From: an uncultured virus (IMG/VR IMGVR_UViG_3300044617_000645)
Lineage: Duplodnaviria > Heunggongvirae > Uroviricota > Caudoviricetes
Strand: one strand, 5' to 3'
Virus record (IMG/VR): IMGVR_UViG_3300044617_000645
DNA length: 64,000 nucleotides
Shown here: positions 42,388 through 52,262 of the stretch, one piece after another
Layout of the letters: every line of letters starts with the position of its first letter
Position numbering within the stretch: position 1 is the stretch's first letter
Program-made: the position numbers and the translations under genes
Notes under the pieces: model-generated
What the model saw: the letters and a program-made list of their open reading frames with translations, nothing else
The model's database searches: none
Told to the model about the DNA's origin: nothing

Positions 42388-42924
42388 CTAATCCCATAAA
42401 TTTCTGTAATATTTACCAAATAAATCCAAACCTTCTTGTATGCGTTCTTCATGTTTACGCATACCTTCGTAATCTGTCCAATGTTCTTTTGGATTTTTGT
42501 CTACCATTTGAAACGTTTTTTCTATCTTGCCGGTAACGGGATTGGGGAACTCTTTATCAGTCCTAACCCAATCAAATTCACTTCTACCGTGACGATACTT
42601 TTCTTCATACTCATCAAGTAGGATTTGCTCAAAACTCCATATCATTTTATCTAATACTTCGTTCCAACGTTCAACACCTTTGTCGAAACACTCGTTATGT
42701 GTTTCTTTATAAAAGTCAAAACTTTCTTGTGCCTCATAATCGGCACCGCCTACTTCTGCAAATTCATGTGGGATACCATGTTTACATTCTTTTAATTGAA
42801 TCAACATGGGCAGTATGACATACGACAACGTATGATCCATGCTGAAAGAATCATGGCGCTCTATCTCTACCGATATGCGCCTATCAATCGCTCTTTTGAA
42901 ATACTTCCCGATGTTTACTTTCAT
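42388..42924 (-). CDS. Conserved-looking phage protein (MDHTL...GLDLFGKYYRNLWD)
   Basis: ORF in operon. Confidence 0.75.
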   Translation of the reverse strand: MKVNIGKYFKRAIDRRISVEIERHDSFSMDHTLSYVILPMLIQLKECKHGIPHEFAEVGGADYEAQESFDFYKETHNECFDKGVERWNEVLDKMIWSFEQILLDEYEEKYRHGRSEFDWVRTDKEFPNPVTGKIEKTFQMVDKNPKEHWTDYEGMRKHEERIQEGLDLFGKYYRNLWD

Positions 42925-43340
42925 TGCAATTCTTTTAAATCATCACGTATCTTGCCCTCAACAAACCAAAATTGTTTAGATTCATGGTTGACTAGGGCAA
43001 ACTTGACCTTTTCAAACTTATAGATATGTTCAGCGAGTTCTTCTATAGTCTTTGCTTGGCCCATGAATCTTCCTGTATCCTTGTTATATAATAGTATACT
43101 ATTATCTGCGACCTCAGTAAAGAAATTAGGTACTTTGATAACTCTAGTCTCTAGTCCGTTTGCTTGATCAAACATCTCTACTATCTCTTCTAGCGTCATA
43201 CCGTTTTCTTCAGCGATCTTTTTGATGGCTCGGCGAAGTTTGTAGGTCATGAAAAATTGACCGCATACCCAGCCGGACGCAAAGATAGATAGCACAAATA
43301 ATAGTTCCATGCTCATATTTATTTTACTAATTGATCCCAA
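42921..43340 (-). CDS. Hypothetical membrane-anchored protein
   Basis: N-terminal hydrophobic helix; true start probably a few codons downstream. Confidence 0.65.
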   Translation of the reverse strand: MGSISKINMSMELLFVLSIFASGWVCGQFFMTYKLRRAIKKIAEENGMTLEEIVEMFDQANGLETRVIKVPNFFTEVADNSILLYNKDTGRFMGQAKTIEELAEHIYKFEKVKFALVNHESKQFWFVEGKIRDDLKELQ

Positions 43341-43807
43341 TTATCCAAGCACTCGTCGTGCTTGATCCATTCAGTATTACCCTTAGGGGTATCCTTAGTT
43401 TTGATTACAAATCCCCAATCACGTACTTGAGGTCCCATGAAGAATAGTGTAGTAGCAGATCCTACATCTGGGTCCATTTCAAGCCAATGCAATGCTTTGC
43501 TACCGCGTATGATGATGCTACCCGGTCCACGCCAGCGAATCTTCTCGCCTCGTATATATTTTCCTATATACAACGGGGTATGCTCATAGTAACCACCCTT
43601 AAGTATGATAGTCATATAAGGCCAGGGGTGGTCATGAAAAACAGGATCGTCACTACGAACAATCTTATGTAGTGTAAGATTGAACGGAAACCAGCAACGG
43701 TCCCTCAGAAATAAATAATACCGGTGCATATAATCTGCACCGGTCCGTCGATCATGTATTAAACGATATCGACCAAGTTTGTTGAATAGTTTATGAAAAA
43801 TATTCAT
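43319..43807 (-). CDS. Cupin-fold protein
   Basis: HDHPW...LKGGY.E...H. Confidence 0.75.
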   Translation of the reverse strand: MNIFHKLFNKLGRYRLIHDRRTGADYMHRYYLFLRDRCWFPFNLTLHKIVRSDDPVFHDHPWPYMTIILKGGYYEHTPLYIGKYIRGEKIRWRGPGSIIIRGSKALHWLEMDPDVGSATTLFFMGPQVRDWGFVIKTKDTPKGNTEWIKHDECLDNWDQLVK

Positions 43808-43861
43808 TTATGATTTATAGTATGCGGGACTTAAGGCGCCCGCAGACCTTCTAATCAATGA

Positions 43862-44128
43862 TTAGACTAGACCAGCAGCCAACGCCTTGTAGCCGGCAGC
43901 AACAACAGCACGGCTCGGAGTTCCGAGACGATACTTAGTTGAAGTGCGACCCTTAGAGTCAGTGCTTGGGTTAGCGTAAACAGCGAAGCCCAAGAAGCGC
44001 AAGTCACTAACAGTGGCAGTCGGGTTAGCGATGCCAAAACGTGCCTTGATCTGGGCAGCAGTCAACTGCTCACCAGTACGAAGAGCCTCAAGAAGACGAC
44101 CCTGCTTAGTTACATTTACATTACTCAT
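43862..44128 (-). CDS. Winged-helix DNA-binding protein
   Basis: LL..L..G..LT..QI..RFGI.NP...VS.LR..G. Confidence 0.7.
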   Translation of the reverse strand: MSNVNVTKQGRLLEALRTGEQLTAAQIKARFGIANPTATVSDLRFLGFAVYANPSTDSKGRTSTKYRLGTPSRAVVAAGYKALAAGLV

Positions 44129-44217
44129 TTCAATTTCCTCTTAGTAAAAGCATTGTCTTTCAACAATGTAGAGATATTATATGATATAGCACTTCAAGTA
44201 TCAAGTACTTTGGTTGC

Positions 44218-44508
44218 CTAGATATACTGATCTATCAATGTGCCTACCCAATATGCATATTTGTAGTCACGATATGCTTGCACTTGACCCAAACGATTGT
44301 AGAGATTTAGATCCTTCATCTCATCTTGCATTTTTCTACGCTCAACGAGGCGCTGTTCTTCTTGATGTTTCTCAAGTTTCAATGCCTCACGCTCTACTTC
44401 TGCACGTTGATCTTCTAAACGACGGATGCGTAACTCATCCTGTTGTCGATTATAACGCTCAGTGTATTTTAATAGAGGTGAGGGTACGAATGGAATTGGA
44501 GTAGTCAT
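44218..44508 (-). CDS. Hypothetical coiled-coil protein
   Basis: ORF coupled to the upstream gene. Confidence 0.6.
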   Translation of the reverse strand: MTTPIPFVPSPLLKYTERYNRQQDELRIRRLEDQRAEVEREALKLEKHQEEQRLVERRKMQDEMKDLNLYNRLGQVQAYRDYKYAYWVGTLIDQYI

Positions 44509-45344
44509 AGTTCTATGATACTATTTACATCCCAACCACTGTCGGGTTCATAACCCTCGTATCCACGTGGATTACAGGCCACTTTGGTAGATCCTATCAT
44601 ATATTCAAAAGCATGATGTGTATGCCCTTGAGTCCATAATTTGATCTGTGGATGATCAAGAATGAATTCGCTGAGGTCGCTACAGTATCCACCATTCAAG
44701 TGAAAATCATTTTTATATTGTTCGTGGATGCTAAGGTGACTTGGTCCCATATGGCCAACTACCACTACCTTATTATAGTTTGGTAATGTTTCACGTAACC
44801 AATTCTTATGTTCTTGATGGCGCTCCATAGTATGCATGGCTCTAAGCCTACTAAATCCCAACTTATCATTGCGAATCAGTCTATGATCGTTCATCATAGA
44901 CTCAACGCTATGCATAGTCAATGGGTCACCCTTGTTCAAGTCAGTCCAAAGAGTGCAACCAAGAAAGGCTATATCATCGATGACTTTGACATCTTTCTCA
45001 AGGAAATAGATGTTTGGCCAATAACTACATTCCTCACGTAAGTAATCAAGTGTAGCATACCACTTACCATGATAAAACTCATGGTTGCCTGCTACATAAA
45101 TCACATGCGGAAAGTTCTTGCTACAGCGATCAAGAAAATTACGGAATCGATCTGCCTTTTGAGGTCGCATCTGACCTCCCTTCCAAAGGTACTCCTGGGT
45201 TTGCAGCCAATCACCGCGAGGATGGTCGTGAAGGTCTTGTGCGATCATAATATCGCCGCTCAATATTAGTACATCACAACCATTATTTGGAATGTCTACA
45301 TCACTAAACTCAAGATGTAGATCACTCACTAATTTAATCTTCAT
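44505..45344 (-). CDS. Calcineurin-like metallophosphoesterase (intact)
   Basis: SDLH, GD, GNHE, GH, GHTH; start moved to 45344. Confidence 0.9.
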   Translation of the reverse strand: MKIKLVSDLHLEFSDVDIPNNGCDVLILSGDIMIAQDLHDHPRGDWLQTQEYLWKGGQMRPQKADRFRNFLDRCSKNFPHVIYVAGNHEFYHGKWYATLDYLREECSYWPNIYFLEKDVKVIDDIAFLGCTLWTDLNKGDPLTMHSVESMMNDHRLIRNDKLGFSRLRAMHTMERHQEHKNWLRETLPNYNKVVVVGHMGPSHLSIHEQYKNDFHLNGGYCSDLSEFILDHPQIKLWTQGHTHHAFEYMIGSTKVACNPRGYEGYEPDSGWDVNSIIEL

Positions 45345-45942
45345 CTTCATCCTCTTCAAATTCCGGCACATTCCAATCGTAACCCTGCTCTTTAGCATGT
45401 GTTTCGCACAATGTACGGTGCCAACCTTGGGGCAGATATTTGCCCGGGTTACCACAGTCTTCACAAGTAACAGCACTCATGCTATCAGCCAACGATTCTA
45501 CACCTTGACAGTATTCATCACCGCCATAGTAATAGAAACGCAACGTACCAAACTTTTCTTTGACTTGACTTGCTACAACTTGTGGGCACGCCTTAGGTAC
45601 ATCACGAAATTTAAGACCACGCTCAACATCTTCGTTAGTATACTTGATAGCGTATTCACGGGCTTGTAACCCCCTACCGTATGTGTGATACTTGATGAGA
45701 GGTTCAAGATCACCATTAATGGCCCTTTTGACAGCACGGTTATATCTAAGTGCGCGGGCGCGGCTTTTGCGTGATTGGTCGATGTGCCATTGCATACTAC
45801 GGCACATTTGATTGATGATGTTGAACCAACCATCACCGATATCAAATCCCCAGCACATGGCGGTAGTCCGCATATCGCCATGGCGATCACGGAAAATTTT
45901 TGGATATTGCTTGCACAGCAGTTCGTCAAGTTCTTTTTTCAT
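45334..45942 (-). CDS. Conserved-looking phage protein (GDGW, QVKEKFGTLRFY, CEDCG...LC..H)
   Basis: ORF with C-terminal Zn-binding motif. Confidence 0.75.
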   Translation of the reverse strand: MKKELDELLCKQYPKIFRDRHGDMRTTAMCWGFDIGDGWFNIINQMCRSMQWHIDQSRKSRARALRYNRAVKRAINGDLEPLIKYHTYGRGLQAREYAIKYTNEDVERGLKFRDVPKACPQVVASQVKEKFGTLRFYYYGGDEYCQGVESLADSMSAVTCEDCGNPGKYLPQGWHRTLCETHAKEQGYDWNVPEFEEDEDED

Positions 45943-46339
45943 GTTGCGTCCCCTTGTTAGCGCACTATTATTATACTATAGTGCTAGCAGGAAAACAACA
46001 TGTTTGGGTCATTCTTCTGAATGCTTTTTACTTAATGATTTATTCTTTAATAATCTAAATTTTGGATGAATCAAAAACAATAGCAAAAATAGACTACCGA
46101 ACATTATGATGAGCGGTAGCAATACTAGTTTGATCAAAAAATTCTTTAGATAGTTAACCACATAACACCGAATAGTATAATAAAAATCATGGCATAAAAT
46201 AACGCCGCGCGTAAAGTCAAATTAGGTTTAGGGTACATAGGACAACGACCTTGCTGAAAGTCGCAATATTCTACAGGTATGTTATCGCTATCTAATTTCT
46301 TCCTACAACCACTAATAGGACACTTGACAATTTCTGTAC

Positions 46340-46618
46340 TCATAATAGATTTAATTGTTTGATGAGGCCCACGGTGCAAATGAACAGCATCACGCCATTA
46401 ACTAATTGCATGGCTCTGTCGCCCCACTTGTAGCCAACCCAGTACCAACCTAACGCGCCTATCCAACTAGCGGCAGTATCGTATACTTGCCACTCAGGAT
46501 TACCTGTACCACGACCTAAAGCCATGCCTACAAGCATGATGATGCTGACACTCCACTTGACATACCACGTAGCATCTTGTTTCGGGGTGATGCTTTTGAC
46601 CTCATTGAACCATTTCAT
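46340..46618 (-). CDS. Small 3-TM membrane protein
   Basis: WYVKW, W..VG..W.DRA...N. Confidence 0.7.
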   Translation of the reverse strand: MKWFNEVKSITPKQDATWYVKWSVSIIMLVGMALGRGTGNPEWQVYDTAASWIGALGWYWVGYKWGDRAMQLVNGVMLFICTVGLIKQLNLL

Positions 46619-46806
46619 AAACTGCCCTTATACCAATATTGGTCTACTTTTTCCAATACAGGTCCTAAATTGCTAGGATAGACTACAGCATGATCGTTGA
46701 GTACATCATGATTAACCGTTAGGCTACAAACCTCTTTATACATCTCTTTCAATTTTTGAAAGAGTGTCGCTTCTTCGTTACTGATAACTGTGAAATTCCC
46801 GCTCAC
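46615..46806 (-). CDS. Hypothetical protein
   Basis: GAGGT RBS, GTG start. Confidence 0.55.
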   Translation of the reverse strand: MSGNFTVISNEEATLFQKLKEMYKEVCSLTVNHDVLNDHAVVYPSNLGPVLEKVDQYWYKGSL

Positions 46807-46834
46807 TAGACACCTCGCATTTGCTATTAATATA

Positions 46835-47962
46835 TTATTTCTTATCTACTAAAAAATCAACCATTTCGGGAAAAGTATTCTTAAAGTTTAATTTACGAAA
46901 ACCATCGTGCCTCACTAATCTATATCTAAACGTATCAAAGTGTTTGCTGTCGTCTTCAGTATTCAACAGCAAGATGAACGGGCTTAGATCAAAACGGCAA
47001 TTCTCTAATCGATTTATGATGAATTGTTTAGCGTCTTCTCTCCATACAGTAGGTCTTAAGTGAACTGGGTTATGTACCCTGCCTAGATAAGGCAACCCTA
47101 ATCCTATGTCATCACACCATTCTACTAACTCATTTAGATACGCAATATTATATGCGCTGACTGTAGTAGAAACACCTAGTTTGATACTGCTACTGTTTCT
47201 AAGTTCTATATATTTTTTTATGTTAGATAGCACTTCTTCCCATACTGCAGGATACCTGATATATTCAAATTTATCAGCCACACCATCTATGCTCAACTGC
47301 AATTCTACTTCGTTGAAGTGGCTCCATATCTCTAACCATTCATCATCAGGAAACTTAGTGCAGTTTGTTGTATAATGAAGGCTGATATCTTTAGCAGAGT
47401 TATCATTTATATACATGCGTAACAACTCTTTTTGTTGCTTGACACCACTCAGTAAAGGCTCACCGCCCGGTATATCAAGATGAATCAGATTGGGTGTCTT
47501 ATCTTTAAAACTCTGTACGAAATCTTCTTTGTAAAAATGATTAGGTTTGACATCCTTACCTAAAAGTATCTTCCATTCTTGTTGCCATTTACTTGATGCT
47601 GATGGGTCGCAGGTTATACAACTCAGATTACATGTGTTTCCGAACGCTACACTAGCGGTGACGAAACCTTTATCCTCTGATAATAATGAGCCCCAACGTT
47701 CATGGTCTTGAACACGCTTGCTACGTATATCGTTAGCCTCTTCGATCTTACAACGTTCACAACCCTTAGGCCATTTTCCTTCTTTGAAATCTCGTTTTAC
47801 TTCTTTTAGTGTGGGGCTATTGATATATTCATCTATAGATGATGAATTGATGTTGCTAGGTCTGTTGGGATATAGAGAACTTTTAAACTTACAGCAAGGA
47901 GACATCTCTCCTTGCGGAGAGATGTCTATGTTAGTCCATGGTAATGAACAATAGGGCATCAA
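46835..47962 (-). CDS. Radical SAM protein with N-terminal SPASM/twitch-like domain
   Basis: CNLSCITC, GGEP, TTN, SIDG; N-terminal C..PW...G...PCC...C.RC. Confidence 0.88.
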   Translation of the reverse strand: MMPYCSLPWTNIDISPQGEMSPCCKFKSSLYPNRPSNINSSSIDEYINSPTLKEVKRDFKEGKWPKGCERCKIEEANDIRSKRVQDHERWGSLLSEDKGFVTASVAFGNTCNLSCITCDPSASSKWQQEWKILLGKDVKPNHFYKEDFVQSFKDKTPNLIHLDIPGGEPLLSGVKQQKELLRMYINDNSAKDISLHYTTNCTKFPDDEWLEIWSHFNEVELQLSIDGVADKFEYIRYPAVWEEVLSNIKKYIELRNSSSIKLGVSTTVSAYNIAYLNELVEWCDDIGLGLPYLGRVHNPVHLRPTVWREDAKQFIINRLENCRFDLSPFILLLNTEDDSKHFDTFRYRLVRHDGFRKLNFKNTFPEMVDFLVDKK

Positions 47963-47966
47963 CTAC

Positions 47967-48215
47967 TTAGTCAGTAAAGGGCTTCCTGTCATGGAATGCA
48001 TTTTGCCTGATTAGCATCTCAAATGTCTCAAATAGCCGTTCAAACTTGACCTGATAGATCGTCTCAAGGCCCAATAGGTAATTGTTGACCTCATCTTCAG
48101 TCATATTGCGCCGATCCATCTTGCAACGGCTGAGTTCTTTGATATCTTCAACTACGCTCCAGCAGTTCATGATATCTTGCTCTAGGTCAAATCGTGTTCG
48201 ATTAGTCTCACTCAT
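47967..48215 (-). CDS. Hypothetical protein (RFDLEQ.IM.CW)
   Basis: GGAG RBS, ORF in operon. Confidence 0.7.
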   Translation of the reverse strand: MSETNRTRFDLEQDIMNCWSVVEDIKELSRCKMDRRNMTEDEVNNYLLGLETIYQVKFERLFETFEMLIRQNAFHDRKPFTD

Positions 48216-48438
48216 CTTTTACTCCATAGTATTTGAGGATCAATTTAAAGGCTTCGATATGCTCTTTGATTAGTGCTAAATCGGTAGTCTTATCTGTTTC
48301 AAAAATAGCCATGCCTGTGCCTTTCTTGCGCTTCTTTAGATCCTCTTGTAGATTAGCCTTGAGGCTAACAAGTTCCTGTTTGACGATACCATCGATGGTA
48401 TTCCAATCTAGTTCAACTGTCACTTTACGTGCTTCCAT
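48208..48438 (-). CDS. Hypothetical protein
   Basis: AAGGA RBS. Confidence 0.65.
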   Translation of the reverse strand: MEARKVTVELDWNTIDGIVKQELVSLKANLQEDLKKRKKGTGMAIFETDKTTDLALIKEHIEAFKLILKYYGVKDE

Positions 48439-48525
48439 GATATTCCTTATTCAATAAAAACCCAATAGATCCCTAGTAGGATCACGTACACAAAAACGAT
48501 GTTAGCAACGCTAATCCAGAAATCT

Positions 48526-48987
48526 TTACTCATTTGTTTCCTCTTTAGTTAATTCACATACCAATAAGAAATGTTCGTATGCTTTTTTGACACTAGGATT
48601 AGACAGTAGTTTTTCAGCCTCATCCTGCATAGCCTTGACAGCAGTTTCACACGCTTCTCTGGCACTAGGCCATTCTAACCTACGTGCGTCTTCACCGAAC
48701 TCTTTGACTAGATTTTCCCAAGCCTCTTTTTGTTTTTTTGTGATAGGTTTAGTACGTGGGCGCAAGTCAGTAGCCTTCCTGATCACTTCACTGATCTTAT
48801 CTTCTGCTACACGACCAGCGGCAATCATAGGCGCATATGCGATATTGATACTATATCGTGTGCTACGACCGCCTGGATACACACATACCAAGTGCGCACC
48901 TTTAGGCATAGCATCCATCAATACTTGGTCGTACTCATATACAGGCTTATACCTGCGACCAACTTTCTCGTAAAAAATTTTCTTCAT
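48526..48987 (-). CDS. Hypothetical protein (YEKVGRRYKPV)
   Basis: ORF in operon. Confidence 0.7.
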   Translation of the reverse strand: MKKIFYEKVGRRYKPVYEYDQVLMDAMPKGAHLVCVYPGGRSTRYSINIAYAPMIAAGRVAEDKISEVIRKATDLRPRTKPITKKQKEAWENLVKEFGEDARRLEWPSAREACETAVKAMQDEAEKLLSNPSVKKAYEHFLLVCELTKEETNE

Positions 48988-48993
48988 GATAAC

Positions 48994-49239
48994 TTAATCA
49001 AAAATCTTAGACCAGACAGTTAGTTTCTCACGTTTGGATTGTTTAGCCACATCTAATTCTTCTTTAGTGATGATGTTGTTTTCTAACATCAAGTCAATCA
49101 TGCACCAAACATCACCTACCTCTTTAATTAGATGATCTCGGTTAGAGTCCATACCGAAACGTCTTACCTTGCTAATGACTTGAACCAACTCCCCGCATTC
49201 TTCCTGCGTGATAGTGAAAATCTCTTCTATCTTATCCAC
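48994..49239 (-). CDS. MazG-like NTP pyrophosphohydrolase
   Basis: EECGEL...K...E.GDV; GTG start 49239. Confidence 0.8.
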   Translation of the reverse strand: MDKIEEIFTITQEECGELVQVISKVRRFGMDSNRDHLIKEVGDVWCMIDLMLENNIITKEELDVAKQSKREKLTVWSKIFD

Positions 49240-49657
49240 GGCGCATCCTTGAAATGTCTTGCATCTGTTCTTCGTTGATAACGGGAACAGCATTGCTCTT
49301 ATGCATAGTAGCAATACCTTTGATCAACGTACCTGTATACTTAGGTGGTTCTTTCTTAGCGCAACTATCGGGACTACCCATAGTTTGCAAACTAGGAATA
49401 TGTTGTGTAGTCTCTCGCCTATAAGGAGTATCGTTAAAAATCTTTACCGAGGACACTTGCGCAATTTTGCCGCGAACGATACCGCGACGGTTGTCTACAT
49501 ACTCATCGAAATCAATCTTGGGCAGTCCTTGACGTTTCTGATCACGATTATGTTGCATCCAATCAACCTGCAATTCGGCATACTTAGCCTTAGTCATTTT
49601 GAACTTTGGCTTGCGAGTGTTGAGTGTGCAAACACCACGGATAAGATGCATTGTCAT
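49232..49657 (-). CDS. Conserved-looking phage protein (YTG..IKGIATMHKSNAVPV)
   Basis: ORF in operon. Confidence 0.75.
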   Translation of the reverse strand: MTMHLIRGVCTLNTRKPKFKMTKAKYAELQVDWMQHNRDQKRQGLPKIDFDEYVDNRRGIVRGKIAQVSSVKIFNDTPYRRETTQHIPSLQTMGSPDSCAKKEPPKYTGTLIKGIATMHKSNAVPVINEEQMQDISRMRRG

Positions 49658-49664
49658 AATATAA

Positions 49665-49994
49665 TTATAATACAGAATTTAAATGTTTGCAAGTACCTCG
49701 GAACTGGAATCCAGCACAAGTGCAAGTCTTGTTGTCCGGATCTACAAAATAGGTATCGCCCTTGCTACCGGATACTTTGATTAGATTGGTCTCGACTTTG
49801 ACCTTGAAGGGATTCTTTTTGAGTTCCACAAACTGGCGACCACGCTTGTCGATGCGCAAAGGCTTCTTAAAGTAGAATGCATCACCTTCGCCCCACTTGA
49901 TGTATGCAACAGCCTTGTCACCATCTAGCAAATAGATATGATTGGGTTGCTTGTATTCAACATCCCATTTAGTAGTTTCACGCACAGCAATCAT
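49665..49994 (-). CDS. SWIM zinc-finger protein
   Basis: CTC.GF..RG.CKH. Confidence 0.75.
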   Translation of the reverse strand: MIAVRETTKWDVEYKQPNHIYLLDGDKAVAYIKWGEGDAFYFKKPLRIDKRGRQFVELKKNPFKVKVETNLIKVSGSKGDTYFVDPDNKTCTCAGFQFRGTCKHLNSVL

Positions 49995-50069
49995 ATATCA
50001 CCTGTAGAAAAAGATGCGGGACTTGATCGCTTCAATTGAAGCAGGGGTGCCCGCACAACCCATATTAGA

Positions 50070-50098
50070 AGTATACTGTACTAGTATGCTAATGTCAA
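50070..50098 (-). promoter_or_regulatory. Early promoter
   Basis: GGC-TTGACA-17-TATACT on the minus strand. Confidence 0.8.
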
Positions 50099-50100
50099 GC

Positions 50101-50391
50101 CTAAGCATGATATTTCATAAAGTGAGTTAGTATTTGACTGGCCCTGCTTAGATCAAAATTCTCTTGACGATAGTGCCACAATTTTTTTCTTTCTGCGACT
50201 TCAAGGGCTTTCATAAGCATAAACTTTTCATCTAGACTTTTTGTAGTCATCAATAGTTTATTCATATCATGTATATCAACACTATACTCTACCCATTTTA
50301 CTGTGCTATCAATGCGATCCCTAGGAATCATCATTGGGCCTTTGCTAGTACTAGCAGTATATTTTACAGCATAACGTTTAGCATTAAACAT
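50101..50391 (-). CDS. Hypothetical protein
   Basis: AAGGTG RBS, own promoter. Confidence 0.7.
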   Translation of the reverse strand: MFNAKRYAVKYTASTSKGPMMIPRDRIDSTVKWVEYSVDIHDMNKLLMTTKSLDEKFMLMKALEVAERKKLWHYRQENFDLSRASQILTHFMKYHA

Positions 50392-50421
50392 ATAACACCT
50401 TTTCTAGTTGATAGAATTAGT

Positions 50422-50453
50422 ATTATATGCCCAAATTGACCCAATGTCAAGCC
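50422..50453 (-). promoter_or_regulatory. Early promoter cassette
   Basis: GGC-TTGACA-TTGGGTCAATTTGGGCA-TATAAT. Confidence 0.85.
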
Positions 50454-50735
50454 TTAATCACCGCTGTCGATTTCGTACCTATGACCACAATCCGTGCAAG
50501 TATATTCTGTCAAACACCGACCGGTCGTGCGACTAGTATATTTGTGCTTGCAGGGCTGTCCCTCTTTGTTCAAGGGCACTTGACCACTAGCACGACCATA
50601 CATAGTTTGCCCACCACAATTGCTACAAGCCCTGTGTGTCTTGTCCTTATTCCAACTATACTTCAATTCACCGTCTGTAAGAGGGACTTCCTTAGTACCA
50701 TTACAAACCGGGCAAACTCCATATTCAATCGCCAT
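50454..50735 (-). CDS. Cys-rich zinc-binding protein
   Basis: CPVCNG, CSNCGG, CKH, CTDCG. Confidence 0.7.
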   Translation of the reverse strand: MAIEYGVCPVCNGTKEVPLTDGELKYSWNKDKTHRACSNCGGQTMYGRASGQVPLNKEGQPCKHKYTSRTTGRCLTEYTCTDCGHRYEIDSGD

Positions 50736-50747
50736 TTTAATTTCCTA

Positions 50748-51203
50748 TTAAGAACCAGTTGTCATGAAAAGAATTTCGGGGTTGACCGAACTTTGCTTGA
50801 AATGTTCGATAAACACATGATGGTTGTCGCCGCTGTCACGGATGAGTGCATTACCTGCGACATACAATGCCGCCCAAGTACTACCATTGATAGCGACCTC
50901 TTGATCGCCTGAACCAAACGCACTATAGACTACCTTAGTAGCGCCCTCGAACGGATGACGTTCGCTAAGGTTGTCAACCTCGTAGACAGACCAAATCGCA
51001 TCAAGACCAAGTTCCTTCTTGACCTCACTATAATGCTCATGCTTGTTATCGAATGAATCTTGATCTTGTGCATAAGCACCAGCAAGAGCCTCACGAATCT
51101 TTTGAGCACCTGTCACAGCATCCATGCTATTAAACTCTAGATGCCAGAGGATGTTGTGAATCTCAGAAAATTCCTTAGCAGTCAATGTCACATCGCAATT
51201 CAT
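50748..51203 (-). CDS. Early hypothetical protein (SGD.HHVFIE.F...TGS)
   Basis: GGAG RBS in the cassette leader. Confidence 0.8.
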   Translation of the reverse strand: MNCDVTLTAKEFSEIHNILWHLEFNSMDAVTGAQKIREALAGAYAQDQDSFDNKHEHYSEVKKELGLDAIWSVYEVDNLSERHPFEGATKVVYSAFGSGDQEVAINGSTWAALYVAGNALIRDSGDNHHVFIEHFKQSSVNPEILFMTTGS

Positions 51204-51208
51204 ATCAG

Positions 51209-51266
51209 TCTCCGTTTCTCAACTCTATGTAACTATTATAGTACCAAATTGACCCAAAGTCAAGCC
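51209..51266 (-). promoter_or_regulatory. Early promoter cassette
   Basis: TTGACT-17-TATAAT; GGTACTATAATAGTTACATAGAGTTGAGAAACGGAGA identical to the copy at 19.5 kb. Confidence 0.9.
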
Positions 51267-51527
51267 TTAATAGTCATACTCGTAAAACTTAACTGCCGGA
51301 TCCAACTTGCGTAGTTCCTTAGCGGCAGCATCCAATTCCTTATAACGACGGTTAACTTCTGCACGGGGCAGTTCGCCATCGCATGTCAAGTTCTCGGGAC
51401 TCAGTGCCGCATCGATCATATCCGCAACACGCTGGCGACCAGCGGCAGTCTTGATTTCATATTGCTCACCGTTGAAAAAACTGTTCCAACGATTCTTTTG
51501 ATCTATGAATTTCTGTAGTGCTTTCAT
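51267..51527 (-). CDS. Early hypothetical protein (LSPENLTCDGE)
   Basis: GGAG RBS in the cassette leader. Confidence 0.8.
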   Translation of the reverse strand: MKALQKFIDQKNRWNSFFNGEQYEIKTAAGRQRVADMIDAALSPENLTCDGELPRAEVNRRYKELDAAAKELRKLDPAVKFYEYDY

Positions 51528-51531
51528 TTCT

Positions 51532-51641
51532 ATCTCCGTTTCTCAACTCTATGTATTAATTATAGACCCATGATACCCAAAAGTCAAGCCTTTTAGCCAT
51601 TATTTTATGGATATTTTGTTGTTTAAAAACAACAACTTACA
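51532..51641 (-). promoter_or_regulatory. Early promoter cassette with palindrome; inverted copy of 19423-19533
   Basis: TGTAAGTTGTTGTTTTTAAACAACAAAATATCC identical; TTGACT-17-TATAAT; same leader. Confidence 0.9.
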
Positions 51642-51840
51642 GACGGATTTTGTCGAAAATCTGCTGTTGTAAACGTGCAACATCATCACGGGGCACGTAA
51701 AAGTCGGTCTGCGGGTCCCAATAATCCCCTGCTTTGGGATCGTAATAAAGCACCGCACCTGACGGGTAGAAGAACGGACCCTCGAGGCCCTTACGGGGTT
51801 GATACTTGCGCTCCAACTCAGATAGTACACGGAAACCCAT
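51637..51840 (-). CDS. Early hypothetical protein (GLEGPF...YYDPK.G.YWDP.TD)
   Basis: AAGGAG RBS. Confidence 0.75.
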   Translation of the reverse strand: MGFRVLSELERKYQPRKGLEGPFFYPSGAVLYYDPKAGDYWDPQTDFYVPRDDVARLQQQIFDKIRL

Positions 51841-51850
51841 AACTCACTCC

Positions 51851-52120
51851 TTAAAGAAGATCAACTTGAACATCGTACTCAACTTGCTCACCGGTCTCAC
51901 CGAAGACCTTCTCGCGGCGTAGCAGACCAGTGGGACGCTTACCTTCAGGCAAATACTGATCGAAACCTAAGTTAGTCAACGCAGAACTGACCGCGATACG
52001 TTGGCTAGTGAAACACATATCGAAAACGCCTTTGACGGTCGTCACGAAACCGATCCCATTGATGATCACACGGATCTTTTGGTTATTGTCAAGTCCCATG
52101 ATATATCGCTTCGTCTTCAT
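51851..52120 (-). CDS. Early hypothetical protein
   Basis: AGGAG RBS after a promoter. Confidence 0.75.
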   Translation of the reverse strand: MKTKRYIMGLDNNQKIRVIINGIGFVTTVKGVFDMCFTSQRIAVSSALTNLGFDQYLPEGKRPTGLLRREKVFGETGEQVEYDVQVDLL

Positions 52121-52150
52121 TAGTATCTCCTAAAATCTCAGTATGTAGTT

Positions 52151-52260
52151 ATTATGCTCCCTAATGGGTCAAAAGTCAAGCCTTTTATGCCATTATTTCG
52201 CCATAAAAAAGGCGTTGTAAATCAACAACTTACAACGCCAGGATGTTGTGTAAAAACAAC
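52151..52260 (-). promoter_or_regulatory. Early promoter with two GTTG-N8-CAAC sites and an overlapping terminator hairpin
   Basis: Sites 52214-52229 and 52245-52260; hairpin 52211-52239 with T6 on minus; TTGACT-17-CATAAT. Confidence 0.85.
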
Positions 52261-52262
52261 GG

